64,000 nt of DNA from an uncultured Acidobacteriota bacterium. Lineage in GTDB: Bacteria > Acidobacteriota > Vicinamibacteria > Vicinamibacterales > UBA2999. Each line of letters begins with the position of its first letter. The stretch's first letter is position 1. The stretch covers positions 2,647,350 to 2,711,349 of the forward strand of contig CAWJVW010000005.1 of the NCBI GenBank assembly GCA_963846425.1. The letters run 5' to 3'. The position numbers and the translations under genes were made by a program. Shown one piece after another: positions 8,743-17,294 of this stretch. The notes below the pieces were generated by a model. That model had not been told where the DNA came from, ran no database searches, and worked only from the letters and a program-made list of their open reading frames with translations.

Positions 8743-9915
8743 TCATTGACGTGTCGAGGTGGGCTGAATCGCGCCCACGACCTTCCCCAGAAAATCGTTC
8801 AGCGCATTTCCGCCGCCAATCCATCGGACGACCACGACGAGATCGTTCTGCCAATCGAGGTAGATGATGTTCTGGCCGTTGCCGCGGAAGGTCACGCTCG
8901 ACGCCGGTACGGCAGGCAGTGGTTTTTGCCCGGTATTGAGGAACCAGTTCATGTAGCCGTACTCGCGGTTGGCCGGCCCGGGAGTCCGAGCCATTTCGAT
9001 CCATTTCTCGGAAACGACCTGTTTGTCCTTCCATTTGCCGTTCCGAAGAAAGAGATAGCCGAAGCGCGCCATATCCCACGCGTTGATGAACATTCCGCCG
9101 CCCCAGTGGCCGCCGCCGGTCATCGACTGCACCTTGCGGCCGTCGAGCTCAATCCAGGCGTTGTCGTAGCCGTGCCACCGCCAGGTGCTCGAAGCCCCAA
9201 TGGGTTCCATGACCTCCTCGCGGAGGACGTCTGGCAGTGGCTGGCGCAGCACATGCAACGCGGCAAGTGCCAGCACGTTGACACGCACATCGTTGTATTT
9301 GTAACGGGTCCCCGGCTCGTGAAGCGTGCGGCTGGCCCACTCCTCGGGCTTGCCTTCCGGCCGATCGGCCCAGTCAGGCTTGCCCCACAGCGTGCCCTTC
9401 CAGTCGCTGGTCTGACGCAACAAGTGTTCCCAGGTGATCGACTGGTTGTGTGGATCCTCGAAGAGATCCACGCCAGGGGGCATGTAGTCCCGCGCCCGGT
9501 CTGTCACGTCGCGAATGAGTCCCTTTTGCCAGGCGAGCCCGACGACCGTGGACAGAAACGTCTTCGTCACACTGAAGGTCATGTCGACGGATTTGGTGTC
9601 GCCCCACTCGGCCACGAGGTAGCCGTTGCGAATGATGACCCCGTTGGCAGCAGCGCGGGGCTTATGCGGCCCAATCGGCGTGTCGAACGGCTCGCTCGCA
9701 CCAAGACTCGCGGCATGGGCAAGCGCAAGGTCTTTTGGCGCGGGGTTTTCGTTCGCAATTGCGAACTTCACTGCAGCGTCGACGGCCGCCCGGTTCATAC
9801 CCGCTTGCTCGGGCGTCCGTCGCTGCCAGTCGAACCGTTCCGGATAGTAGTTGGTTTGCGCGCCAACCAGCGATGCGTGACCCAGAAGGAGCAGGCCGAT
9901 GAGAATCCGCAGCAT
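8743..9915 (-). CDS. serine hydrolase, beta-lactamase/PBP4*-like family
   Basis: SxxK motif in MTFSVTKTF. Signal peptide MLRILIGLLLLGHASLVGAQ begins at ATG 9915, which is preceded by GAGGAG. The track start 9951 would overlap the ankyrin gene. Confidence 0.75.
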   Translation of the reverse strand: MLRILIGLLLLGHASLVGAQTNYYPERFDWQRRTPEQAGMNRAAVDAAVKFAIANENPAPKDLALAHAASLGASEPFDTPIGPHKPRAAANGVIIRNGYLVAEWGDTKSVDMTFSVTKTFLSTVVGLAWQKGLIRDVTDRARDYMPPGVDLFEDPHNQSITWEHLLRQTSDWKGTLWGKPDWADRPEGKPEEWASRTLHEPGTRYKYNDVRVNVLALAALHVLRQPLPDVLREEVMEPIGASSTWRWHGYDNAWIELDGRKVQSMTGGGHWGGGMFINAWDMARFGYLFLRNGKWKDKQVVSEKWIEMARTPGPANREYGYMNWFLNTGQKPLPAVPASSVTFRGNGQNIIYLDWQNDLVVVVRWIGGGNALNDFLGKVVGAIQPTSTRQ

Positions 9916-9934
9916 AAGTCTCCTCAATTGATGG

Positions 9935-11299
9935 TCAGTGTCCTCGGCCATGATGCCGGAGCAACTCGTCCACTTCGGCGTACCCTGATGGCCATGCGAC
10001 CTCGTCTACCGAAGCCCCGGCGCGGAGCAGCGCGTCAACCGAGTCGGGCTTGCGACGGTCAGACCAGTACGAGTCTACGCACGCCTTGACAGCAAGTGCC
10101 AGAGGCGTGTGTCCCTTGCCGTCCCTGGCATCGAGTGGCGCGCCCCGTTCGATCAGCAGCGTCACCGTCTGGTGCCACGCGCGCCAGGCGGCGACGTGGA
10201 GCGCTGTGCTGCTTTTCGGGATACCGAAGTAGCCATCGCCTGCGTAGAGTGCATCCACCGGGACCCCGAGGTCGAGAAGCAACGCCACGCCTGCAGTGTT
10301 GCCGGTTCCCGCAAACTCCGCCAGCAACGTGCCTCCGGCCTCGAGCAGCTTGCGGACGAGTAATGGCTCACGCTCGGCGATGGATCGGACGGTTGCCGCA
10401 TCGTGGCGCGCGCAGGCGGCAATCAAGCGTTCGATACCGTGGAATTCGACGGCGATGCCGCGTCGTTCCATCTCGGCGAGCAGGTCACCGCGTCCTCGTC
10501 GCGCCGCCATCGCAGCGGCCGACCGGCCATCTTCACGCTGCATGGGATCGGCACCGTGGTCGAGGAGGAGCGCGATGATCTCGAGAGCATTGTCACGAGC
10601 GATGGCGTGATGAAGTGGTCGCCAGCCGCGCGGCCTCTTTTGATTGACGTCGATGCCCTGTGCGAGCAGATACTTGACGCCTTCGTAGTCGTGCCAGTCG
10701 TGCTTGCGGATCAGCATGAGTGCGAGGCTGTCCGCACTGAGCCTGCCGGTCTCGACGAGCAGCTTCATCGCCTCGTTGTTCTCGGTTTCGGGCGAGTGGT
10801 ACACGACTTCCTCGAGATCCGGCTCCGCGCCGCGTTCCAGTAGCAATCGGGTCATCTCCGCGTGGTGGGCAACGCCCGCGGCGCCATACAACGCGGGCTC
10901 CCATTCGGGCTTGGGTTGGTGGTCGTCCTCCCAGAAACCGGTGTTAGGGTTGGCGCCGGCATCAAGCAGGGCTGTCGCGGCGCGCACGAACGCGTCCGAT
11001 CGCGTGCCATCGCGCTGAAGGTAAGTCGAAAAGCACAAGTGGGTGAGCGGGTCCACGTTGCGTGGACCGCCCTTTGTGGTCGCGTTCGCCGGATTGACGG
11101 CGATGAACCGTTTCACCGTCACATCGTCGCCGAGCATCGCGGCGGTATGAATGCTCGAAGTCGCGACCTGCGGGTGTTGGGCGAGTATCGCGTTGGCCTT
11201 GTCCACCGAGCCGTGCCAGAAACAGGCCTCGATAAACGCGGCTGCGTGATCGTCTGCCTTCGGGTTCATTGCTGATTGAGTCACCAGAAGCACCGGCAT
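9935..11299 (-). CDS. ankyrin-repeat protein
   Basis: 454 aa with many ANK units, for example GWRPLHHAIARDNALEIIALLLDHGADP and TALHVAAWRAWHQTVTLLIERGAPLDARDGKGHTPLALA. An alternative start is at 11269. Confidence 0.8.
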   Translation of the reverse strand: MPVLLVTQSAMNPKADDHAAAFIEACFWHGSVDKANAILAQHPQVATSSIHTAAMLGDDVTVKRFIAVNPANATTKGGPRNVDPLTHLCFSTYLQRDGTRSDAFVRAATALLDAGANPNTGFWEDDHQPKPEWEPALYGAAGVAHHAEMTRLLLERGAEPDLEEVVYHSPETENNEAMKLLVETGRLSADSLALMLIRKHDWHDYEGVKYLLAQGIDVNQKRPRGWRPLHHAIARDNALEIIALLLDHGADPMQREDGRSAAAMAARRGRGDLLAEMERRGIAVEFHGIERLIAACARHDAATVRSIAEREPLLVRKLLEAGGTLLAEFAGTGNTAGVALLLDLGVPVDALYAGDGYFGIPKSSTALHVAAWRAWHQTVTLLIERGAPLDARDGKGHTPLALAVKACVDSYWSDRRKPDSVDALLRAGASVDEVAWPSGYAEVDELLRHHGRGH

Positions 11300-11385
11300 T
11301 TTACCGATTCAACTTGAGCTTGCATCTGCTGAATTTTTAGCACACACTTCCAACCGTCGCACCTTGAGACGCATCCAAGACTGAC

Positions 11386-13812
11386 ATGCTGAGCAATCTC
11401 CAGCAGGACCTTCGCTTCGCCGCGCGGGCCTTCCTCCGCGCGCCGCGCTTTACCGTCCCCGCGATACTGGCCTTGGCGCTCGGGATTGGCGCGACCTCGG
11501 CCATATTCAGCGTCGTACGCGGCGTCATTCTCAAGCCGCTGCCGTATCGCGATCCCGACCGCATTGTCGTGGTCTGGGAGAACAATCAGCGGCGGAATCG
11601 TCCACGCAACGTGATTGGCTCGGCGAACTTCGTGGAGTGGCGCGAACGAAACCGATCGTTGGAACACTTGGGGATGGTCGGGCCGTCGCGCTTGAGCGTG
11701 ATCCTCGATGGCCAGCCTGAAGAGGTCTCCGGCCTGTTTGCCTCATCTCACGTGTTTCCGGCGCTCGGCGTCCAGCCTGCGATGGGACGCACGTATACCG
11801 CGGATGAAGACTTGGAAGGTAACGACCGCGTCATCTTGTTGACCCATGAATTCTGGCAGCGGCGTCTCGGCGGCCGCAGCGACGTGCTGGGCACGACCAT
11901 CACCGCGAACGGCAGGCCACGGAGCGTTGTCGGCATCATGCCGCCTGGGTTCACGATCATCGGACAAAAGGCCGACTTCTTGATTCCGTACGGCTGGACG
12001 CTCGAGCGGCTGCGATCGTCACCTGGCCGCGGCTTTTCGCACGGTCTCGCGCGGTTGCGCGAAGGTGTGACGTTCGAACAGGCGGTCGCTGACATGACCA
12101 ACATTGCGGCGCAGCTCGAACAGGAATTCTCGCAACGGAACGCGAACTGGTCGGTGACGCTCGTGCCGGTCCATGAACAGATGGTCGACCAGATTCGTCC
12201 GGCGCTCATGGTCCTCGCGGGCGCCGTGCTGCTCGTGCTTCTCATCGCGTGCGTGAACGTCGCGAACCTGCTGCTCGCGCGCAGCACCGTGCGCGAGCGT
12301 GAGCTCGGCGTGCGCACGGCCCTTGGTGCGGGGCGCTGGCGGCTCTTGCGACAGATGCTCACTGAGAGCTTGTTGCTGTCGGTGATCGGCGGTGTCGCCG
12401 GGCTCGTCCTCGCTGTAGCGTTTCATCGAGGAATGCTTGCGCTCGTGGCGAATCGAATCCCGGTCCCACGGCTCGATCAGGTCTCGCTCGACATGCCCGT
12501 CGTCGCGTTCACGATGGCGCTGGCTCTCGGCACGGGTTTGATCTTTGGCATCATCCCCGCACTGGTTGCATCGAGCACCGCGAGCGACGCCTTGCGCGAA
12601 GGCGGTCGTCACGGTACTGGGCCGCGATCGCGACGCGTGCTCGGCACGCTGGTTGTCGCCGAAGTGGCCCTGTCCTTGGTCCTGCTCGCGGGCGCCGGGC
12701 TGTTAGTGCGGAGCTTCGTTCGACTCCAGAACGTCAGTCCCGGGTTCCGCACCGATGGGGTACTGACTGCGCGCGTGCAGCTTCCCAGCGCGCGATACGA
12801 CGACCCACGACGGTCGGCCGAGTTTTTCACTGAGACGGTGTCGCGCATCGCCGTCCTCCCGGGCGTGCAGAGTGCGGCGGGCGTCAGTTTTCTTCCACTT
12901 GCGGGACCCGGCATCGCGACCAGTTTCCATCGCGCCGATCAACCCGAGCCGGCTCCGGGAGAGTCGCCCACCACCGAGGTACGACCCGTCACGCCGGGCT
13001 TTTTCCGGACTATGGGCATCCCGCATCTGGCAGGTCGTGACTTCACGCAGGCCGACGCTGCAGATAGCCCCTTTGTCGCGATCATCGGTGAAACGCTGGC
13101 GAGGCGGCATCTGGCTGGCGAGAATCCCATCGGCAGACGGCTGCACGTGTCGATAGGTCCTCGAGGAGGGATGAACGTCGAAGTCGTTGGCGTGGTCGGC
13201 GACGTCAAGATGACATCCCTTGATACCGAGGCGCGGCCGGCTGTGTACATTCCACACACGCAGTTGTCTATCGGATTAATGACTCTCCTCGTGCGCACCG
13301 AGACGCCGCCGATGTCGCTGGTCGGCAGCGTCACTGGGGCTGTGCACTCGCTCGATCCCGAATTGCCGCTCGCCGATGTGAGGACGTTGGAAGACGTTGT
13401 GGATGCCACGCTCGCGCGCCCGCGCACGGTATCGGTGCTCCTCACGGCATTCGCATTGATCGCGCTGGTTCTCGCGGGCGTTGGGGTCTACGGCGTGATG
13501 GCATACTCCGTCGCCCAGCGCACGCAGGAGATTGGTGTGCGTATGGCGCTGGGAGCGACCACGCAATCGGTATTCCGTCTTGTGCTCGGCCAGGCGCTGC
13601 GGCTTGTGGCAGCGGGTGTGGTCGTGGGTCTTGTCGCCGCCGGCGCGTTAACGCGACTCCTCGAAACTCTGCTCTACGAAACCGAACCTCTGGATCCCGG
13701 GACGTTTGCGATCACGGCCATTCTGCTCGTCGGCGTTGCGACGCTCGCGTCATACATTCCCGCGCGTCGTGGAACGCGAATCGCCCCCGTCGAGGCGCTG
13801 AGGGCGGAATAG
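11386..13812 (+). CDS. ADOP-family duplicated FtsX/MacB-type ABC permease (intact, 808 aa)
   Basis: N-terminus MLSNLQQDLRFAARAFLRAPRFTVPAILALALGIGATSAIFSVV. There are two FtsX-like 4-TM halves with large periplasmic MacB-like loops. C-terminal ...RIAPVEALRAE. No ATPase gene is adjacent. Confidence 0.88.
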   Translation: MLSNLQQDLRFAARAFLRAPRFTVPAILALALGIGATSAIFSVVRGVILKPLPYRDPDRIVVVWENNQRRNRPRNVIGSANFVEWRERNRSLEHLGMVGPSRLSVILDGQPEEVSGLFASSHVFPALGVQPAMGRTYTADEDLEGNDRVILLTHEFWQRRLGGRSDVLGTTITANGRPRSVVGIMPPGFTIIGQKADFLIPYGWTLERLRSSPGRGFSHGLARLREGVTFEQAVADMTNIAAQLEQEFSQRNANWSVTLVPVHEQMVDQIRPALMVLAGAVLLVLLIACVNVANLLLARSTVRERELGVRTALGAGRWRLLRQMLTESLLLSVIGGVAGLVLAVAFHRGMLALVANRIPVPRLDQVSLDMPVVAFTMALALGTGLIFGIIPALVASSTASDALREGGRHGTGPRSRRVLGTLVVAEVALSLVLLAGAGLLVRSFVRLQNVSPGFRTDGVLTARVQLPSARYDDPRRSAEFFTETVSRIAVLPGVQSAAGVSFLPLAGPGIATSFHRADQPEPAPGESPTTEVRPVTPGFFRTMGIPHLAGRDFTQADAADSPFVAIIGETLARRHLAGENPIGRRLHVSIGPRGGMNVEVVGVVGDVKMTSLDTEARPAVYIPHTQLSIGLMTLLVRTETPPMSLVGSVTGAVHSLDPELPLADVRTLEDVVDATLARPRTVSVLLTAFALIALVLAGVGVYGVMAYSVAQRTQEIGVRMALGATTQSVFRLVLGQALRLVAAGVVVGLVAAGALTRLLETLLYETEPLDPGTFAITAILLVGVATLASYIPARRGTRIAPVEALRAE

Positions 13813-13813
13813 A

Positions 13814-13929
13814 GGTTCAGTTTCCAGTTGTCAGTTACCGGTTCAAGAACGTACTGAACGCCTACTCGCATAACCGGCCATCAGGAGGCCACGACTTTTG
13901 AATTTGTAACTGGAAACTGAAAACTGACT
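13814..13929. repeat. inverted pair of heptamer arrays between convergent genes
   Basis: Left arm 13814-13848 is ggttcag tttccag ttgtcag ttaccgg ttcaaga. Right arm 13895-13929 is cttttga atttgta actggaa actgaaa actgact. The arms are partly reverse-complementary (tttccagt / actggaaa). They begin 2 nt after the ADOP stop and abut the esterase stop. Likely a bidirectional terminator structure. Confidence 0.7.
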
Positions 13930-14835
13930 CTATTTCATCACCGTCAGTTGTTCCCGCATGAAACCAATTGCCGCCCTGATGATCTCGCGCGAGCGGTCGT
14001 CATCGGTTGTGTTCTCGAATCCATGTGCTCCGGTTGGATGAATCATCAGCGTGATCGGCGCGTTCCTCTCGATCGCGACTTTGAGAAAAGTCTCCATCCA
14101 GCTGTTCAGGCCGGGAATCTGGTCGCGGCCCGCCCGCATCACGAACATGGGAGGCATCGTGGCCGCATGTGCCTCCACCTGCGCAGCCGGCGAAAACAAG
14201 ACAAGCTGTTCAGGCTTCATGAACTTCGGATGCGGTTCTGAATTGCGGATGTCGAGCGCCGAGTAGAACGCGACCAGGCAGCGGACGTGCGGGCGGCGTT
14301 CGCGGATGTAGCTGCTCAGTAGCGGACCACCCCCGGAATAGGAGACAAGACAAATCCGCTCGGGATCTCCACCAAAATCTGCTGCGTGGCTTCGCGCGTA
14401 GGCGACGAGCCGTTCGACATCATCAGCGGCCTCGGTCATGCGCGGGTCGGGATAGCCAAGCCGGTGATTGAAAGTGATGGTGACGAACCCGGAGGCCGCA
14501 AGCAGCCGGCCCCAGCCCTGATAAAGGCCCCAGTCCTTCGGCAGCACCGGAATCTTTGGGACGCCGCCGTGGATCAGCACGACGATGGGCGTCCTCGCAC
14601 CTGTCGCCGCAGTTGCAGGTTCATAGATATCGGCTTTGCCTTCGGGGTCACTCCTGTAGACGACGTCCATACGAACGCGAACCTTGTCCTCGCCATCCAC
14701 GTGATAGACCAGTGGACGGTTGACTGCACCTGCCGCCGCGCGGACCAGGTCCTGCTGTGACGGCTGCTGAACAGGGCCTCCGCTGACGGAGCTCGCACTC
14801 ACAAGGACGAGGGCGGCGAGGAGAGGTTTGGTCAT
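13930..14835 (-). CDS. secreted alpha/beta hydrolase (esterase/lipase-like)
   Basis: Signal peptide MTKPLLAALVLVSASSVSG, oxyanion VLIHGG, and nucleophile elbow VSYSGGG. Confidence 0.7.
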   Translation of the reverse strand: MTKPLLAALVLVSASSVSGGPVQQPSQQDLVRAAAGAVNRPLVYHVDGEDKVRVRMDVVYRSDPEGKADIYEPATAATGARTPIVVLIHGGVPKIPVLPKDWGLYQGWGRLLAASGFVTITFNHRLGYPDPRMTEAADDVERLVAYARSHAADFGGDPERICLVSYSGGGPLLSSYIRERRPHVRCLVAFYSALDIRNSEPHPKFMKPEQLVLFSPAAQVEAHAATMPPMFVMRAGRDQIPGLNSWMETFLKVAIERNAPITLMIHPTGAHGFENTTDDDRSREIIRAAIGFMREQLTVMK

Positions 14836-14900
14836 ATGAGCTCCGGAGTGGATGATACTGTCGCACGGCTCGGCGACCTATTCACACTGGAGAGCAGATC

Positions 14901-15707
14901 ATGAAGAGAAGAGAGTTCCTTGTCTCCTCGGCCCTGGGCTCGGTTGCGGCTGCGGCGGGCCTCGATAAGCTGACTTCTGGTCTGTCCGACACGCATGCTG
15001 AAATTCAGGCTCCAGCATCGACCCGCAAGATCTTGATCGCTGGTGGTGGATTCGGGACGGCTTTCCTTCGCTACATGGCCGCACTCACCGGGAAAAAGCG
15101 CCCACGACTATGCTATCTCCCCACCGCATCCGCTGACTCGCCGAACGGGATCATCACGTGGTTTCGAAATTGCGCTCCACTCGACGTCGAGCCTCATGTT
15201 CAGGAAAGCTTCATTGCCAGCACCCGCCAGACCAAGAGTTGGGAAGAGGTGCTGCTCTCCATGGATGGGATCGTCGCTTCGGGCGGCAACACGCTCAATC
15301 AACAGGCAATCTGGAAAGCTCAGGGCATCGATCTGATTCTCAGGCAAGCCTGGGATCGCGGAATTGTCCTCGGCGGCGCCAGTGCCGGCTCGCTCTGCTG
15401 GTTTGAAGAAGGGACGACGGATTCGAGGCCGAAGGAGCTGACGACCGTGCAATGCCTGGGGTTCCTGAAGGGCAGTCACTCCCCGCATTACGATCGCGAG
15501 GCCGATCGCCGGCCGCTCTATCAGAAGCTCATTGCGTCCGGCGCCATGAAGCCCGGATACGCCTGCGACAACGACGCCGGGATCTACTTCGAAGACAACG
15601 CCGTCAAGCGTGTGGTATCCACGCGCGCCGAGGCGAAGGTTTATTACGTCAGCGTCATGGGCGGCAAAGTTGTCGAGAAGATAATGGAACCGGAACGGAT
15701 CGCGTAA
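14901..15707 (+). CDS. peptidase S51 (dipeptidase E-like) with Tat signal
   Basis: MKRREFLVSSALGSVAAAAG carries the Tat motif. S51 motifs are LPTAS, ASGGNTLN and GGASAGSLCW. Confidence 0.75.
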   Translation: MKRREFLVSSALGSVAAAAGLDKLTSGLSDTHAEIQAPASTRKILIAGGGFGTAFLRYMAALTGKKRPRLCYLPTASADSPNGIITWFRNCAPLDVEPHVQESFIASTRQTKSWEEVLLSMDGIVASGGNTLNQQAIWKAQGIDLILRQAWDRGIVLGGASAGSLCWFEEGTTDSRPKELTTVQCLGFLKGSHSPHYDREADRRPLYQKLIASGAMKPGYACDNDAGIYFEDNAVKRVVSTRAEAKVYYVSVMGGKVVEKIMEPERIA

Positions 15708-15739
15708 GCGCTTGGCCAGGCTTTTCCGAGGAGTTCGAC

Positions 15740-16342
15740 ATGCGAATTGATGTGTGGGTAGGAACGATCATCATGTGCGGCGTGTTTGCCGTGTCCCTCG
15801 CGGCGCAAGCGACAGGCGGGGCGCCCCCGGCAGCGGGCGCCCAACCGCCACGCGCGGCGATGACGCTGACCACGACGGCGTGGCCGGATGGCGGTCAGAT
15901 CCCCGTGAAGTACACGCAGGCCGGTGAGCAAGTGTCCCCCGCGCTTACCTGGGGAAACGTTCCGCCGAATACCGCAAGCTTCGTGTTGCACATGCGCGAT
16001 CCCGACGTGGCGCGCAACAAGACGACCGAAGATCAGGTGCACTGGCTGATGTGGAATATTCCCGGCACGGCAACCGGGCTTCCTGAAGGTGTGCCGAAGG
16101 GCGCCGAGCTACCGGACGGCAGCCGCCAGATCAGCGCGAGTGGACCGGTCTATCGTGGCCCTGGCGCGCCTGCAACCGGACCGATGCATCACTACACGTT
16201 CGAGATTTATGCGCTCGATACGAAGTTGGACATACAGCCTGGAGCTGATGCGTGGGAGACACGCACGAACCTGATGAAGGCCATGCAGGGGCACATCCTC
16301 GGCAAGGCAGTGTACGTCGGGCTGTTTCGACGGCCGCAGTAG
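15740..16342 (+). CDS. YbhB/YbcL-family PEBP (Raf-kinase-inhibitor-like) protein, secreted
   Basis: Start moved to ATG 15740, which has a GAGGAG 6 nt upstream. MRIDVWVGTIIMCGVFAVSLAAQA is a signal peptide. Also SPALTWGNVP, DPDV, HWLMWNIP and HHYTFEIYALD. Confidence 0.8.
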   Translation: MRIDVWVGTIIMCGVFAVSLAAQATGGAPPAAGAQPPRAAMTLTTTAWPDGGQIPVKYTQAGEQVSPALTWGNVPPNTASFVLHMRDPDVARNKTTEDQVHWLMWNIPGTATGLPEGVPKGAELPDGSRQISASGPVYRGPGAPATGPMHHYTFEIYALDTKLDIQPGADAWETRTNLMKAMQGHILGKAVYVGLFRRPQ

Positions 16343-16364
16343 CTCAGGCCTCAGGCCTCAGTGT

Positions 16365-16748
16365 TCAGGGGCTGGAGCCAGGACTGGGTCGTTCTTCACT
16401 GACCGAGATCACGAGTCCATCGGGGTCGGCGTACTGGGCGATTCGGGCACCAAAAGTGGTTTTCGGCTCCTCGACGCAGGGCACGCCGTTGTCGACCATT
16501 CGCCTGTGGAATTCATCCAGGTTCGGCACGCTCAGACCGGGACGGCATCGCCCCGCGGGAAGGTGTTCCGCGTTGGCGGTTCCCGCCGCGGCGGTTTCAG
16601 CAGCGTGAAGGGCGAGCGTGGCCCCATCCGTTGCGAACTCGGTCCATCCGGGTGACTCGAATTTCAAGGGCACTCCCAGCACATCGCGATAGAACGCCAC
16701 CGACCGCTTCATGTCGGTCACAAACACGATCGCATAGTTCAGTCGCAC
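16365..16748 (-). CDS. VOC/glyoxalase-family protein
   Basis: MRLNYAIVFVTDMKRSVAFYRDVLGVPLKF... is a typical glyoxalase-fold N-terminus. Confidence 0.75.
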   Translation of the reverse strand: MRLNYAIVFVTDMKRSVAFYRDVLGVPLKFESPGWTEFATDGATLALHAAETAAAGTANAEHLPAGRCRPGLSVPNLDEFHRRMVDNGVPCVEEPKTTFGARIAQYADPDGLVISVSEERPSPGSSP

Positions 16749-17284
16749 TCGTCGGCTGCCCCAGCACGATCAGGCTGGCAACCTGCCAACAGCTCGAGCA
16801 ATTCGTCAAGAGTGGCGTTGCCTGCATCAACCGCTTCCCGCGGCAGGCGTCCCGCTGCTTCCACCGCGGCGACAGCCTCCATCGGAGACAAGCCTCGCGC
16901 GGCGACAAGCCAGGCCGCAAGCACGTGACCGGTTCGGCCATTGCCGCCCCAGCAATGAATCACTGCGCGTTCACCATGGGCGTCGGCAGTGCGCAGGAAC
17001 CGCAGAATGTTGCGGAGCGCTTGGGATGAGCAGAGATGGTGGTCAGCCGTCGGCTCCATCAGCACGTTGCCCGCGCCGAAGAGTTTCTTGTACTCGGTCT
17101 CGAGGTCGACGGCAAAGCCGGCCAAATACTCGTCGTCGAGGAGGCAACACACTCGGGTCACACCTCGAGAACGCATGACGCGGGCCCACTCGTCGATGCC
17201 GCGGAGAGACGCATCTGGCGTTCGCGCCCCGTACGCGGTCGGCTCGCCGCTTTGAGCGGGTCCGAAATGGAAATCGGAATCCAT
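16739..17284 (-). CDS. dual-specificity / tyrosine protein phosphatase
   Basis: Active-site loop VIHCWGGNGRTGHV (HCxxGxxRT). Confidence 0.75.
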   Translation of the reverse strand: MDSDFHFGPAQSGEPTAYGARTPDASLRGIDEWARVMRSRGVTRVCCLLDDEYLAGFAVDLETEYKKLFGAGNVLMEPTADHHLCSSQALRNILRFLRTADAHGERAVIHCWGGNGRTGHVLAAWLVAARGLSPMEAVAAVEAAGRLPREAVDAGNATLDELLELLAGCQPDRAGAADECD

Positions 17285-17294
17285 GTCCTGAGCG

